From Lepidodermella squamata (lineage: Eukaryota; Animalia; Gastrotricha), in the NCBI GenBank assembly GCA_047495785.1, contig JBLDXI010000016.1:62001-126000 (forward strand): 64,000 nt of DNA, in the 5' to 3' direction. Below, piece after piece: positions 33,087-45,614 of the stretch. Each line of letters starts with the position of its first letter. Positions within the stretch are counted from its first letter, which is position 1. Below the pieces are notes generated by a model that saw only the letters and a program-made list of their open reading frames with translations, did not search any database and was not told the origin of the DNA. A program made the translations under genes and the position numbers.

Positions 33087-36000
33087 TCAAGTACGGATAA
33101 TGCCTTGGTTGCCCTGAGGCCGTTGCGGCCGGCCGCCTGGGGGCTCGGTTGGAGGCGCAGCCGGCGTCGTAGTCTCAGGTAGCGGCGGCGCCGCGCCACG
33201 CGACGGAATCAAGCCCTCCGACTGCAGCAGTGCCAAATTGCCAGCAGCCAACGCAGCGACCTCACCAGTCGTCAACGGCAGGTTGCAAATCAGCACGTTA
33301 TCGATATTGCCGACAAACGCGCCCAGCACTTGGTCATCGCCGACGACGTACGGGCAGTGGGCGACTGCGGGCGGGCCGTTCAGGGTGTCGCTCGCCAACA
33401 ATACGCCGTTGACGTAGAGCTCAAGTACGGAGATTTGCTGGTCGTAGACAACGCAGGCTGACTGCCAGCCGTTTGCGACCGGGGCGTTGATCATCATGGC
33501 GGATTGGTTGGTGCGCACGTTGCCTTGCAGGTTGTTCGTGCCGTTGATGCCGGCGATGATTGTGTACAGCGTTGCGGCGGCGCTGTTGCTGTTCGACAGG
33601 ACACCGCCGTTTGTGTTGCACGAGTACGGAGCCGTTGTGCCACAGCTACACGTTGAAAAGAAAAAGAAATAAAATTATAGTGGGGCAAATATTTTTCTTA
33701 AATTTTCTTAATTTGGTCGATCCCATTGCCAAGTGAAATTACTTGATTGATATTATTTTTGCATTTTGAATTTTTGACCATGAGTTATAATTTCGCCTCT
33801 CATTTTAGGGTTTTATGATTCCTTTTCTGTGTATTTTGTTTCTTTACGTTACTTCTATGGGACATGCGAAAAATGTCACAATCGGAGTTTTTCGCACGAA
33901 ACCATTGCTTGTTGTGGAGTAATATCTGATTGAAACTCGACCAGCTTTTAAAACTTGAAAAATATGGGCGAATTCGGTTTCTCCAAGTCAAGAGACGCTG
34001 TTAACTTATGCTGCCGAAGGTTGATGGTTGCTCATGAAATTCCTATAAATTACAAAAGTTGCCCTTCGGGAGATGTCGATTATTAATTCCACTAAAAAAT
34101 AGGAATGCAATTTTCTGTGATAAATTAAACAAAAATACCGGATACCAGAATTCAACATTTTCGGCCCGAATATTCGGTCTTAGATTACTGAAAAAATTCG
34201 GAAACTTCTGGCGTACGTGGGAAAATACCGAAATTTACCGAACAAGTTACCATCTCAGGGTTTTCGGGTTTCCCCCGTTAAATGTCTGATATCTTCGGGA
34301 TTAAATGGAAGATTCTCCCAACAAGTTTAATTTCGAAAAATTAATTAAATTTACTTTAAGGAGGTAAAATTAACAAACGTTTGCCCAAGTTCTGGGACAC
34401 TCTGTTTTAACACGTCTCAATTTGTAGGTAAATTTTTAATCCAATTTTAGGTGGTACTAATTTGAACAACTCGAGCGTGATTCCGGGTTCGCTTTTCGAA
34501 TCTACTCGCGGTGAAAATTCCGAACTTTCAGAAAGCTCTGTGGAAACCAAAAATATTATAAAATCTTCAATTTAATAATTTGAAGTTTTTCTAAAATTTC
34601 GCGTAAATCAGAAAAAAATTGGAAATTTCAATTTAGGTTTCCCAAACTATATCGTATGCAATTGGTGTAGTATTATTGAACTTGATAATTGCTCGGGAAG
34701 CTTCTCCTCTTCAAGAATCAGATCTGCCGATAGCAAGCCTGAAGCAGAAAAATGCTACAAATTCTAAGGAAGTTTTATATCCGAATTTGCGATAAAAATA
34801 GTATCACTAGTACCACTAATACCTACGTTCTGTAATTTCTCATAGTACTTATAATTGAGATCTTACCGGAAAGAGAAGCACCACGAAGCACCTTGAGGGT
34901 TGCTCAGCTGGAAGCTCTTCAAGCCCGGAATTTCCAGCCGGCCATCATTGACGAACAACGACCCGCCAGGGCTATTAACCGTATTAGCCGGGTCGAACTG
35001 AGCATTGCCGTAGGCGAAGGTCGACAGCTGGTTGATAGACTGATCGGCTAGGCTGGTGTCGAACGGCATCCAGAGCGAGCACTGGCGCCCTGAGGAGGCG
35101 ACGACGTCGGGCGCCGGCGGCAGGACCACTGAACAAGCGCACTCGATTAGGCTGAAGGTGGTACCAGGGGCACAGGGCAGGTCGTAGTCGCCCAGGCGGA
35201 ACGCATCCGGGCGGTCTGGGTTAGCGACCAGGATGTTTCCGAAAGAATCTGTGCAAGCCGTAGCGTTGCTCGTAGGCGCTTGGGTGACCTAAATTTGAAA
35301 CACGAAAAAGGGGATTCATTTTTATGACCGACCAAATTTGATTGAAAATTTTGAAATTGAAATTGAAAATTGAAATTTGAAAATTAAATTTGAAAATTGA
35401 AAATTGAAATTTCGATTCTGAATTTTATAGGTACTAATTTTGAAATTACAGGGTTTTTTATTTTTAATTCAATTAAAAGAACTTATCGAAAATTTCAGTT
35501 TTTCAATGTCAATTTTCTTCATTTTCAGAAAGATTTCAATTTTCATTAAAATTATAAATTATTTGTACATTTAATTAAAATATCAAAAGACAGGATTTAT
35601 CAATTTTTAATTCAAATTCAGATTTTCTTTTAATTTTAAAATTTTAGAGAATTATAAGGCTTGTTTAACCTGAGGTAAAGCGAGGCAGAAATCTCGGCAC
35701 GACAAATCAGCGACGCAATCGCAAGTATTTGGCTGATAGCGGTAGCCAGTCGGGCAGCAGCGAGTTTCATTGAAGGCGCAGGTGAAGAATTGGCGGCACG
35801 ATTGGCCGGGAATTTGGTAGCACCCGACAGCGGCGATGGCCGGGGTTTCGCAGGGTGACGGCTGGCAACGCACCGGGCCCTCGACTTGGCACGCCAGGAT
35901 CGATTCGTCGAAAAATGTACCCGGCGGGCAGAATTTCAACGTTGCTGAAGCGTTGTTAGCATCCAGATATTGACACTGAAAAAAATGGAAAATTTCACAT

Positions 36001-36631
36001 GAAAAAAAATGAAAAAGAGGAAAATTGAAATCAAGTCATCTCACATCAAAAAAATGGAATAGGTAATTATTTTTCGTTGGAATTTTCGAATTTTCAATAG
36101 ATTGGAATTTCGATTCCAAAATTTTCAATTTTACGAAATTTCTAAAATTCGAGCAATTTAACGAAACTTGCGAGTCACTTTTCTAAGATGACCTTGAAAA
36201 GTAAGCTGAAGAAAATACGGAATATCTTCAGTTGCTGGAATAAGTTCTAAATTCTGGATTAATAATCTCGAACATTGAGAGAAAAAATTAAAACCTTTAA
36301 AATTTAAAAAATCAATTTAAAAATTAAATCTGTCTAATAAAGTTAAATTTATATGAGAGTTTGGATGACCTTAGAAATTATGATTTTTGGAATATTTCAT
36401 GAGCTTTCTTGCCTGAAAATAGCTGTGGCAGTCGAGGGGATTGATGAACAAGTCCTTGACGTTGGTTCGCATCAAGCAGTCGAAGCAGTAGTCATTCGCG
36501 TTGAACCCAACGTCATTTATCGGGACAGGAACAGGCGGACCGGCCGTGGTCGTTCGTGGCCGGCCAAGCGAGACGCCAACCAAGCATGACGACGCAACTA
36601 GAAAAACCGCTAATGAAAATAAATTCTTCAT
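33087..36631 (-). CDS. Diverged Pif-like CBM14 + LamG paralog (4 exons)
   Basis: Exons at about 36631-36413, 35978-35670, 35289-34867 and 33645-33087. Motifs FNANDYCFDC...NPLDCHSYFQ, CPPGTFFDES, CSLWMPFD and VAHCPYVVGDDQVLGAFVGNIDN. The last intron is at the same codon position as in copies A-D. Confidence 0.85.
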
Positions 36632-37182
36632 TTTGAAAGAATCAAATGCGACCAATTTCGCAATTTTTGTAAGATAAAAGCAAATTTTATGAGCTTTATA
36701 TCAATTTTTGGGTCTAATTGGCTAAGGCTCAGTAGCAATTAGAGTCGGGAATTTCTATGGCGTAATAATTTTGAATGAAAATTTTGACATCGCCAAGCTC
36801 ATATAAGGCATGATTTCGACTTTACAAATTAATGAAAATCTGAATTAAATATTTTTGCTAAATTTTACACAATTTGAATAAAAATTTCTGAAATTTTTTA
36901 CTATTTTCCGAATGATTGAATTCATTTACATTTTTTATTTATAGACGCCCGAGCAGCACCGCCTTGTCCATAACCAGTTCGCCGATGAATTCAAAATATA
37001 TTATTCCACTCATCCGCTGGTAAATGAAAGTCTATACCATAAAATGAGCCCAAACAAAACACAGGAAATACATGAATAACAATTGAGCAACTCCTAAACA
37101 CATCGTCGCGGCTATTTTGAGGCAGCAACTGGGACATTATATCTGAATTAACGGCTAAATAGTTTTCAGACAAATTTCAACT

Positions 37183-38574
37183 ATGGGTGGAACTCATTTT
37201 CACTCGACTTTCGTTCTTGTAATTTTTCTATTCGGCGCTGTGAATGTTTCGAATTCTTTACGAATAAGGCGAGAGCATTTCAGCCACTTCAATACCGATG
37301 ACCGAGCGGCGGTACCTGTGCAACCCATGGGGCCCTCAATGGGGGACGAGAATTTCCCGTTTCCGTGCAATAACAAGGACGCCATGCCGAAACACATCGA
37401 GGAGGTATTCCATTTGACGAGCGATCCGCGAAATGGCGTTGTTTGCTGGCACAAGCAAAAGTTGAGCGCTGACCAGATCGAAGTCCGCCTGTACCAGACC
37501 TACGCTGGCTATCGCATCATAGGCGAAGAGCGTAAATTTCGTTTTTAAATTTTCAAATATTCGTGAAACTGCGCTCCTGTGCGCTGATTGGTGCGGAATT
37601 AGTGCGTGCGCAATAATTGCGTCGCGCGCTCAGTGGCCAGATTCGAAACACCATTTATTGCGCGCGCACTAATGCCAGGTGAAAAATGCGCGCACACTGG
37701 GTTATCGTTTCACCACGCGTTTGTCAAAGGTCAAATTTCGAATACCTTGGCGGTTTTCGTACCGAAATTGAGATCACAAAAGTTCTCATTGGATGAAATA
37801 TTTTTTCATCTTTTTCATCTTTTTTCATCTTTTCATTTGATGCGACCTGAAAATTTCGGACTTCAAAAACAAATTATCCTAATTTTGAATCCTTACTCCC
37901 TTACACGAGCCAATATTCGAGATATTAATTTTTTTATTTGTTATTCACAGCGTTGGTGGCGTATTACAATCCGAGAACAGGTGCGTGGTGGCATACAGCT
38001 GGAAGCCGAGCTGTCGATATTGAAAATGACGCGCGTCGGCTGATTAGCGCCTCTATACCGCCTCTTCAGCCCTCAATCGATGCATGTCGCGCCGCCTTGA
38101 ACATTCCTCAAAACGTAAATAAGTTGCTAATTCAGTAAATTTAGAAAATTTTGATGTAGCTGGACTGAAAATCATAACAGTTCCAAATTTCAAATTTTGA
38201 ATGAATGTTTGCACTTCGAAAAAAGGAAAAATAATTGGTTATTTAGGTTATGACAGGAATTTCCAATTTATTTCATTTAAATTTTTTTGAAAAAAGGATG
38301 AAGTTGAAATTGATGTGAGTCGGGCAATTCGCTTAGTTAGCCGTAACGAGCATCAGTACAACGATGGAACGCCAATGTCGACCATTTTCGCCGATATCGT
38401 CACGCTTCACCGGCGCGGTCGTCACATAGCCGGGCGTCAGTGCACGTTCGATGCAACTCGAGGAAAGGTGATTTCATTTTAATTTCAATGACTAAAAATT
38501 ACTCTTAAAATTGACATTTCGCCAATTTTTAGATGCTTCAATACCGGATTCAACCGCGTTCGATCGAGGAATAA
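37183..38574 (+). CDS. Secreted protein resembling an M4/M36 metallopeptidase propeptide (FTP + PepSY-like), with no catalytic domain
   Basis: Phase-consistent exons 37183-37531, 37951-38114, 38297-38468 and 38533-38574. Signal peptide followed by RIRR; VRLYQTYAGYRIIGEEPLVA (FTP-like); C-terminal CTFDATRGKMLQY (PepSY-like). The gene model is firmer than the family call. Confidence 0.6.
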
Positions 38575-38888
38575 CAGTTTAATAATGCATTAACGATTTG
38601 CATTAAAGTTGACTGGATTGACTGTAACAGATCCAGCTTCGATTTGTTCCTGTTTTTAATCAAATAATAAAATTTAATTACGAAATAGCAAGATTTTGCA
38701 AATATAGGAAGAATTGGGTTATGCGAACAATCTGTTATTAGGGCTATGTGAGCGCGGACCAATTAGCCTGATAACGCATCAAGAAATGTGATTCTTGACT
38801 ATAAAAGCGAAGAAATGAAACCGATAGAATCATCAACAGCTTAATAAGCATTTCTTCTCCATTTGATAATCAAGAAACGATTTCGATA

Positions 38889-40669
38889 ATGATCCGATCA
38901 TCGATTGTAGTAGCTTTTGTGATCGCCGGTTGTCTTGATGCGGCGTTTGCCCGCGATCGCACTACAACGCGTCGCGCCCCTGTCGCTGGGCCACCCGCCC
39001 CTAGCAACCCGAACCCTCCGCCGCCTGCGCCTGGGTTCGACGCCAACACGTACTGCTTCGACTGCTTGTCTCGAACTGCCCAGAAGGACTTCTTCGCGAA
39101 CCCGCTCGACTGCCACTCGTACTTCCAGTGCCTGTACCTGAACGAGACGACGGCGACGGCCATCTTCCAGGTGTGCCAGCCGGGCACCTTCTGGGACGAA
39201 GCTCGCCTGACGTGCCGCGCCGAGGGCCCAGTGCCGTGCCAGCCTTCGCCGTGCTCGAACCCGACCATCGCCGCTGCCGGCTGCTACCAACTGCCCGGCC
39301 AAGGCTGCCGCCAGTACTTCACGTGTGGCGCCACCGGCCAGGAGACTGTCAACTGCTGCCCGTCTGGCGAGCGCATCGACGTCGCAACTTGCACGTGCGT
39401 GCCGGACGAGACCTGCACCGGCTTCTGCCTCGCCCTGCCCCAGACCACGGCCGCCCCAGCGAGTCTGAACGCGAGCGCGTGCTCGGACGCCTTCGGCAAC
39501 ACCCTGGTGGCGCTGCCCGACCGCGAAGACGCGTTCCAACTCGGCGACTCGACGCTGCCCTGCGCGCCCGGCACCGCCTTCAGCCTCGCCGAGTGCGCCT
39601 GCTCCGTCGTGCTGACGACGCCCGAGCCGCCGCTCACTGGCTCGAATGCCCGCCAGTGCGCCCTCTGGCTGCCTTTCGACACCTCCCTCGAGGACCAGTC
39701 CGTCAACCGCTTCCCGACCTTCGCCTACGGCAACGCCCAGCTCGACGTGACCGCCTCGGCGACTGGCACCACTGGTGGCTCGCTGCAGGTCAACACCGGC
39801 CGCCTCGAGATCCCCGGCCTCAAGACGTTCGAGCTCGGCACAGGCGAGGGTGCTTCGTGGTGCTTCGAATACCGGTAAGACTATTACATGACCGATGGAC
39901 TCTACTAAGACCTTGGTTTACTTTTCAAAGTTGCAACGTCGCCGCCCCGTTCCAGTGCACGCAGTCGGCCGGCGTGCTGTCGAACAACAACAACGCCGCG
40001 GCGACGCTGTACACGCTCATCGCCGGCGTCACGCCCACCGACAACGTGTTCGCGAGCCTGCGCTCCGACTCGGGCGCCTCCGCCAACCTCACCGCCCCGG
40101 CGCCGTCCACCAACGGCGGCTGGACGGCCGTCTGCGTCGTGTTCAACGCGACCGCGCAGCTCGCCGAGCTCTTCGTCAACGGCGCCCTCGTCGGCAGCGC
40201 GCCCGCCGCCGGCCCGCTCGCCCTCGCCCACTGCCCGTACGTCGTCGGCGACGACCAGGCCCTCGGCGCCTTCACCGGCAACATCGACAACGTCCTCGTC
40301 TGCAACACCGTGCTCACCAGCGAGGAAGTCGCCGCCCTGGCTCAAGGCAACATTGGTGCCCTCCAGTCTGCTGGTCTCATTCCAGGTGGCCAGCAGCCGC
40401 CTCAGCCGACAACTACCCAGGCTGCGACTGAAGCTCCGCCGGCTGAGGAGACCACCACTGCCCCTGTTCAAGGAGGTCGCACTACCCGCCGCCCCATCGC
40501 CCAACCGACTCGACGTGGCCCTATGACTCTGCCCACTCGATCTCCGCCTCAAACTGGACCCCGCACTACCACCCGCCGCCCGCAAGCCGCCAATCCCACC
40601 ACCCGCAACCCCCATGCTGGTCATGGCCCGCGTCCTCAGCCTGGCACCCAGGGTGTCGTCCGCGAGTAA
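38889..40669 (+). CDS. Pif-like CBM14 + LamG protein, copy D (longer C-terminal tail)
   Basis: Same protein; intron at 39875-39930. Confidence 0.87.
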
Positions 40670-41085
40670 AGATGTCAACTCGCAATATGGAAACCGAGAA
40701 CTTATGATAAACTAACTGTTGGTCCTTGAATTGATAATTTATGAAGTATTCTTTCAATCTAAGTGATTTTCACCCATCGCTTTCCAAATTCTTGAAATAA
40801 ATATGAAATTCCACAAGTTTTTCGGACTTGTTTGGCCATCAAAAAATGGGGCATATAAATTTCTGCTGATGTCGTCGTAAAATTGATAATAACCCCTGTA
40901 CTATCTGCGGTGTATCCGCAGTGTAGTACACTTTTTTTGAACACGAGTAGATAAAATAACCGAGTCATTACTGCGTGCATTCATTTAGTTATGGGCGTAA
41001 TAGCAAGATAAGGAAAATTTCAAAACATTTCTTATTTCTTTGAAAGACATTCACCATCATTCAACCAAACCTGTGCCAGAAATCA

Positions 41086-43682
41086 ATGTCCTGGAAACTG
41101 GGTCAAACCAAGGCCTCGATTCTTTTGATTTTCATCGCGATTTTCATTGAATTCGCAGTAGCTGCCTCGAATTCTCATCATCTGGGAGCGAGAATAATTT
41201 GGGCCGATGCCAATAACAACACGAATGCATCTTGCGGCCTCAATAATATCGACATTATAGCCCCGGCCGAAGTCAAATATTCGGAGAATACGTTGAGCTT
41301 CTTCCGATTTCAATCCCACGTAATCAGTTACGTGTTTATTGCTGACAATTCCTCGGATTCGAAGGGCGATGATCCGCCGCCTTGTGTCCGAGCTGCTTTC
41401 GAGATTAACGTCGATAAGGAAAGGTGTAAAGGAATCCTACAATTCAAGGATGGCGATCCTTACTACAGGTAAATTCCTGACTAAACATTTCTCAAAAAAG
41501 GACAAATTAGGAATTTCCCAAAAAAAATCAAAGTAAATTTTTCAATGAAAATATAAATTGCTGAAATTATTTAATTTAATTTATGAATTTTAATTAACAA
41601 CCCTAATGCTTGGAAAACCCTAATGATTGGAAAATATTCTGTTTTTCCAACAATTTAAAAAATTAAAATTAATTTTCTCTCAATTTATTATTTTTCTCAT
41701 TTCAGATATTTTGAGCTAAATGCGGTGAATACAACGTATAACGTTACCATCGAAGCTCTTCAAATCGGTTCCTGCCTCTTGGACGCCAATATAACAGGTG
41801 AAGACGGCGATGGTGATATTGAAATTATTACCGAACGAGACGTGCTAATTCACGTCTTGCGGAAACCAACCGTGCTCGATCAGCTGTTTCAACTGCTAAT
41901 GATGACGCTGATCATTTTCGGCAATGTGGCTATGGGCCTGAAAACTGATATTCGAGTGGTTATTGACACACTGAAGCGGCCTGTTGGACCGGCTATTGCG
42001 CTCGGAATTCAATTCGCCATACAACCAGCGGTAAAGTTTTTAATTTTTTTTCCATGCGTGACCTAAAAAATTGTATGCGCTTAAAAATATAATAAACGTC
42101 ATGCTCATAAAAAATGAAAATTTGAAAAGGGACATTTCATAAAAAAAATAATGTTATAAATTTCATAAAACTAATTTTTATAGGTATTTATTGAAAAATT
42201 CTCGAGAGCCAAAAATAAATTCCAAACTTTTAATTCATAAATTTCAAAAGTTTAAGGTAAATTAGGAATATTATTGAAAAAATTGAAATTTAATTGAAAT
42301 TTGAAAAAAAACTGGGAGCGTTGGGTGGAAACACTCATTTTTAAGAGTTCATGAACTTTTCATTTCTGTAATTTCTTTCTGAAAAATTTCTAAATTAATT
42401 TTAGGTCATATACCTCTGATTAATTCCTAAATGTGTCCCATTCTATTTCCCAATTATCATTTTTTTGCATTATTTTGGAATTTTCTTTGATTTATTTAAA
42501 AAAATTTAACTAACCCATTTTATTTTTTTCTGAATAATCTATCAGAAAAATTCATTTTTTTGAATATTTGAATTTTCTTCGATTGATTTTTTCAATTATT
42601 CAAATCGTTCTTAGTGTTGTAAACATTTTTGAATTTTTTTTCCGATTTGTTTACAGATAGCTTTCGGCCTCATCAAAGCGTTGTCAATTTACCCTGAAAT
42701 TGTCGCATTCGGCTTTTTCGTCGTCGGCTGCTCGCCAAGTGGAACCGCCTCAAATTTCCACACATTCCTACTCGGCGGCGACGTATCAATGGCAGTTGCA
42801 GTCACCCTGTGCTCAACCGTCCTATCACTCGGCTTCTACCCACTTTGGATCTACACATTAGGCCGGTACATATTGGCCGACTCGCCTAACCAGGCCGAGA
42901 TACCCTTCGAAAACATCATCATGACCCTGATGGAAGTTGTCGTACCCGTTTTTATCGGAATTATTTTAAAAGCCGTAAAACCGAAATTAGCCGCGTTTTT
43001 GTTGAAATGGTTCGTCCAGCCGTTTTTAGCCCTTGTCATCCTGTATTTACTAACCGCTGGAATCTACTCAAATTTCTACCTATTCGAAGTTGTTTCATGG
43101 CAAGTCATCTTCGCCGGGTGCGCGTTACCGTATTTCGGGTTTTTCCTCGGTTTCATCGCCGCGACTCTACTGAAACTACCGAAAGACAGCCGAATCGCTG
43201 TTATGGTCGAAGCTGGTCTTCAAAATTGCTACATCCCAGTTTTCATGCTAAGGGCGACCTTCGAAAAACCTGACTCGGACCTTGCAGCTGTCGGCCCGAT
43301 CGGGTCGCTGCTTCTAGGCCCAGTTCCGTTCTACTTCATCGAAGTTTTCCTGTTATTCCGATCAATCTACCGAAAACGGCCTCGCTTCCAGAAATTTGTC
43401 GATAAAATTTGCTGCTGCTGTTGCCCAGCTGCAGTGCTGCGTTGTTGTTGCCCGCCAGCCGACGACGAGCCAGATGATGAAGTTCCGATTGTGATAGACG
43501 ACGAGGGCAACACTGATGAGGTGTCGATGAAAATCGACCCGATCGGTGCGAAGATTCAGGCCAGCTTCCGCTCGACTGTCAACTACGAGGCGTTCGATCA
43601 AAATCGACGCCGCTCGCAGTCGGCGCGGCCTCGCCCGCCTGACGAGCGGACGAAAGTTCTGTTTGCCAGCATTGGGGAGTGA
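41086..43682 (+). CDS. SLC10-family sodium/bile-acid cotransporter-like protein with an N-terminal extracellular extension
   Basis: Exons at about 41086-41468, 41706-42030 and 42657-43682. Motifs AMGL...LKRPVGPAIALGIQF, GCSPSGTASN, LLGGDVSMAV, LPYFGFFLG and EAGLQN. Confidence 0.9.
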
Positions 43683-44819
43683 AATCAACATCATCAACTA
43701 CTGTATATATGGCTAATTTATTATGCTTATAATCAACGATTTGTTTTGAATAAAAAAATATCGAAAAATTCGAAGATTGACAATATTTTTCTCACAAATT
43801 AGTCGATGCGTATTTGGGAGGAAGGTTTTGTTTTTGCTCGTTCAAGCTTTTTTTCGCATGAAAAATTAACGCAATTCTGTCTTGAAAGAGGGACAATTGG
43901 CTTGTTAATTGTCTGAAAAAATGAATTTGAAGCTGTTCAGCGGCTGCTTCACGCCTTGGATTTTGCAGCTGATAGTCGATTTGGCAGATGGATATCGTTA
44001 GTCAATAATTTTCTACGATTTCCAACATAATTCAATTATTTCCCACAATTTGAGGTGTAAAAATGAATTTGTAAATATTTTAAGGTGGATTTTTCAAAAT
44101 TGTTTTGAAAATTCACGCATTTTGCTTTGAGATCTATTTATGCTCGAGGTTTTTGTTTCCAAAATTGAGGTCAAATTGGGCTACGCTGTGACCTTTCCTA
44201 ATATCTTCTGCTCGCTACATGTAATAAAAATTAGAAGCTGCTCACTTTTTGCGGCACACTAATGTGGCGAAATCGGGTCACAACACGTAATACAGGCGAT
44301 TACATTTGACCTCAAAATTCCAACCACTTTATTCTGAACTTTTATGCTAGAAATTAAGCTGTGCGTTGATATGTCGTGATAACGCTTTTACTTGGAAATT
44401 TGAAATTTTTAGCAATTTCTCAAACGTCCTGATACACTTTTCACTGATAAGAAAATACCTCTCCTGGTTGCTATTAGTGATTTGGGAATTTGGGGTGGAA
44501 TTCAAACATAATCAAAAAACATTAAAGCGAAAGAAAAAGGATTTTTAGCTGAGCTATTGGAATGGTCGAATACCTGGTTAGATGAAAAAAGATATTTTGC
44601 GAATTACACGAAAATTTCCTGAATTATAACTTTTTAGGACATGATTATGGTTAGTGGTTAGATGAAAAAACCTAGAAAAAAGACACAGCCAATTATTGAT
44701 TCCTTATTTTTTTATTACCTATTTCTATTCTCTATTATTATTGAATTCTCATGGCAACAATAAGGATCTACATCTCCAGATCCCTATCTTGAAAGTTTTC
44801 ATGAAATTTACATGAAATA

Positions 44820-45260
44820 TACCGTAGTTACCGAAATACTAACCCGGGCTTATACAAAAATGATACCTCGAAAAATGGGGAAAAGTAGGCTTCTATTCAA
44901 GACTAGGCTTCTATTTGAGATAGGCTTATGCAATGGAGACCTGACTTTACTTTCTGTCTTTCAATCTCAAAACTCACCAAAGTTTTCATTATTAGTTATT
45001 AGCTAGGTCCTCTAATAGCTGAAAATTAGGAATAATAAGGAATGCGCTTCAACTAAAATCATCGTAAATCGCATATTATTGCATATCTGCACAAATTTTT
45101 CGTTTTTAAATACCGTTCAGCGCAGCAGAGCACACGCGCCGTAGTAGCCTAGGCTACTATTCGAGAGAGGACTATGCATCGTCGAATTTCAATTTACCTA
45201 GGCTTCTAATCGAGACAGGCTTCTAAACGAGTGGGGGCTTATATTTCGGTAACTACGGTA
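44820..45260. mobile_element. Tc1/mariner-superfamily MITE with TA target duplication
   Basis: Perfect 19-bp inverted repeat TACCGTAGTTACCGAAATA (44820-44838) / TATTTCGGTAACTACGGTA (45242-45260), including the flanking TA. Internal repeated TAGGCTTCTA motifs near both ends. Confidence 0.85.
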
Positions 45261-45614
45261 GGTATTGCGATTTGACGCTTCTCCAACCTCCAAATTTTCC
45301 CAAATTATGGTTTTTTGAGTTTTCCGTTTCCCTTTTGGGGGCACACGCTTTTATAACATGGCTCATGGCTAAGCCATAGCTCTCCTTATTACATGTAATT
45401 TGCACTCTGATCCCTATATTTTTTCAACATCAGTGGCCTAGGAAGCCAACATGGAAAATTGGGCTACTTACTATTGGGCTATTAAAATGCAACATCCTTG
45501 AGCCAGAGAGGATTGTGAGTACACATTGTTAGGAAGGAAAAAGTAAAAAATCGCAAAATATCGGCAAAAATTTGGAGCTGGAATTCCTAACAAGTTTCAA
45601 TTTTGTATCTTCAG

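Noticed and set aside
35335-35415. GAAAATT/GAAATT repeats
   Set aside because: Low-complexity AT-rich intron sequence common throughout this window.
36944-37019. Exon-like segment between AG and GT upstream of the FTP/PepSY-like gene
   Set aside because: Cannot be linked in frame to a neighbouring gene and has no recognisable motif.
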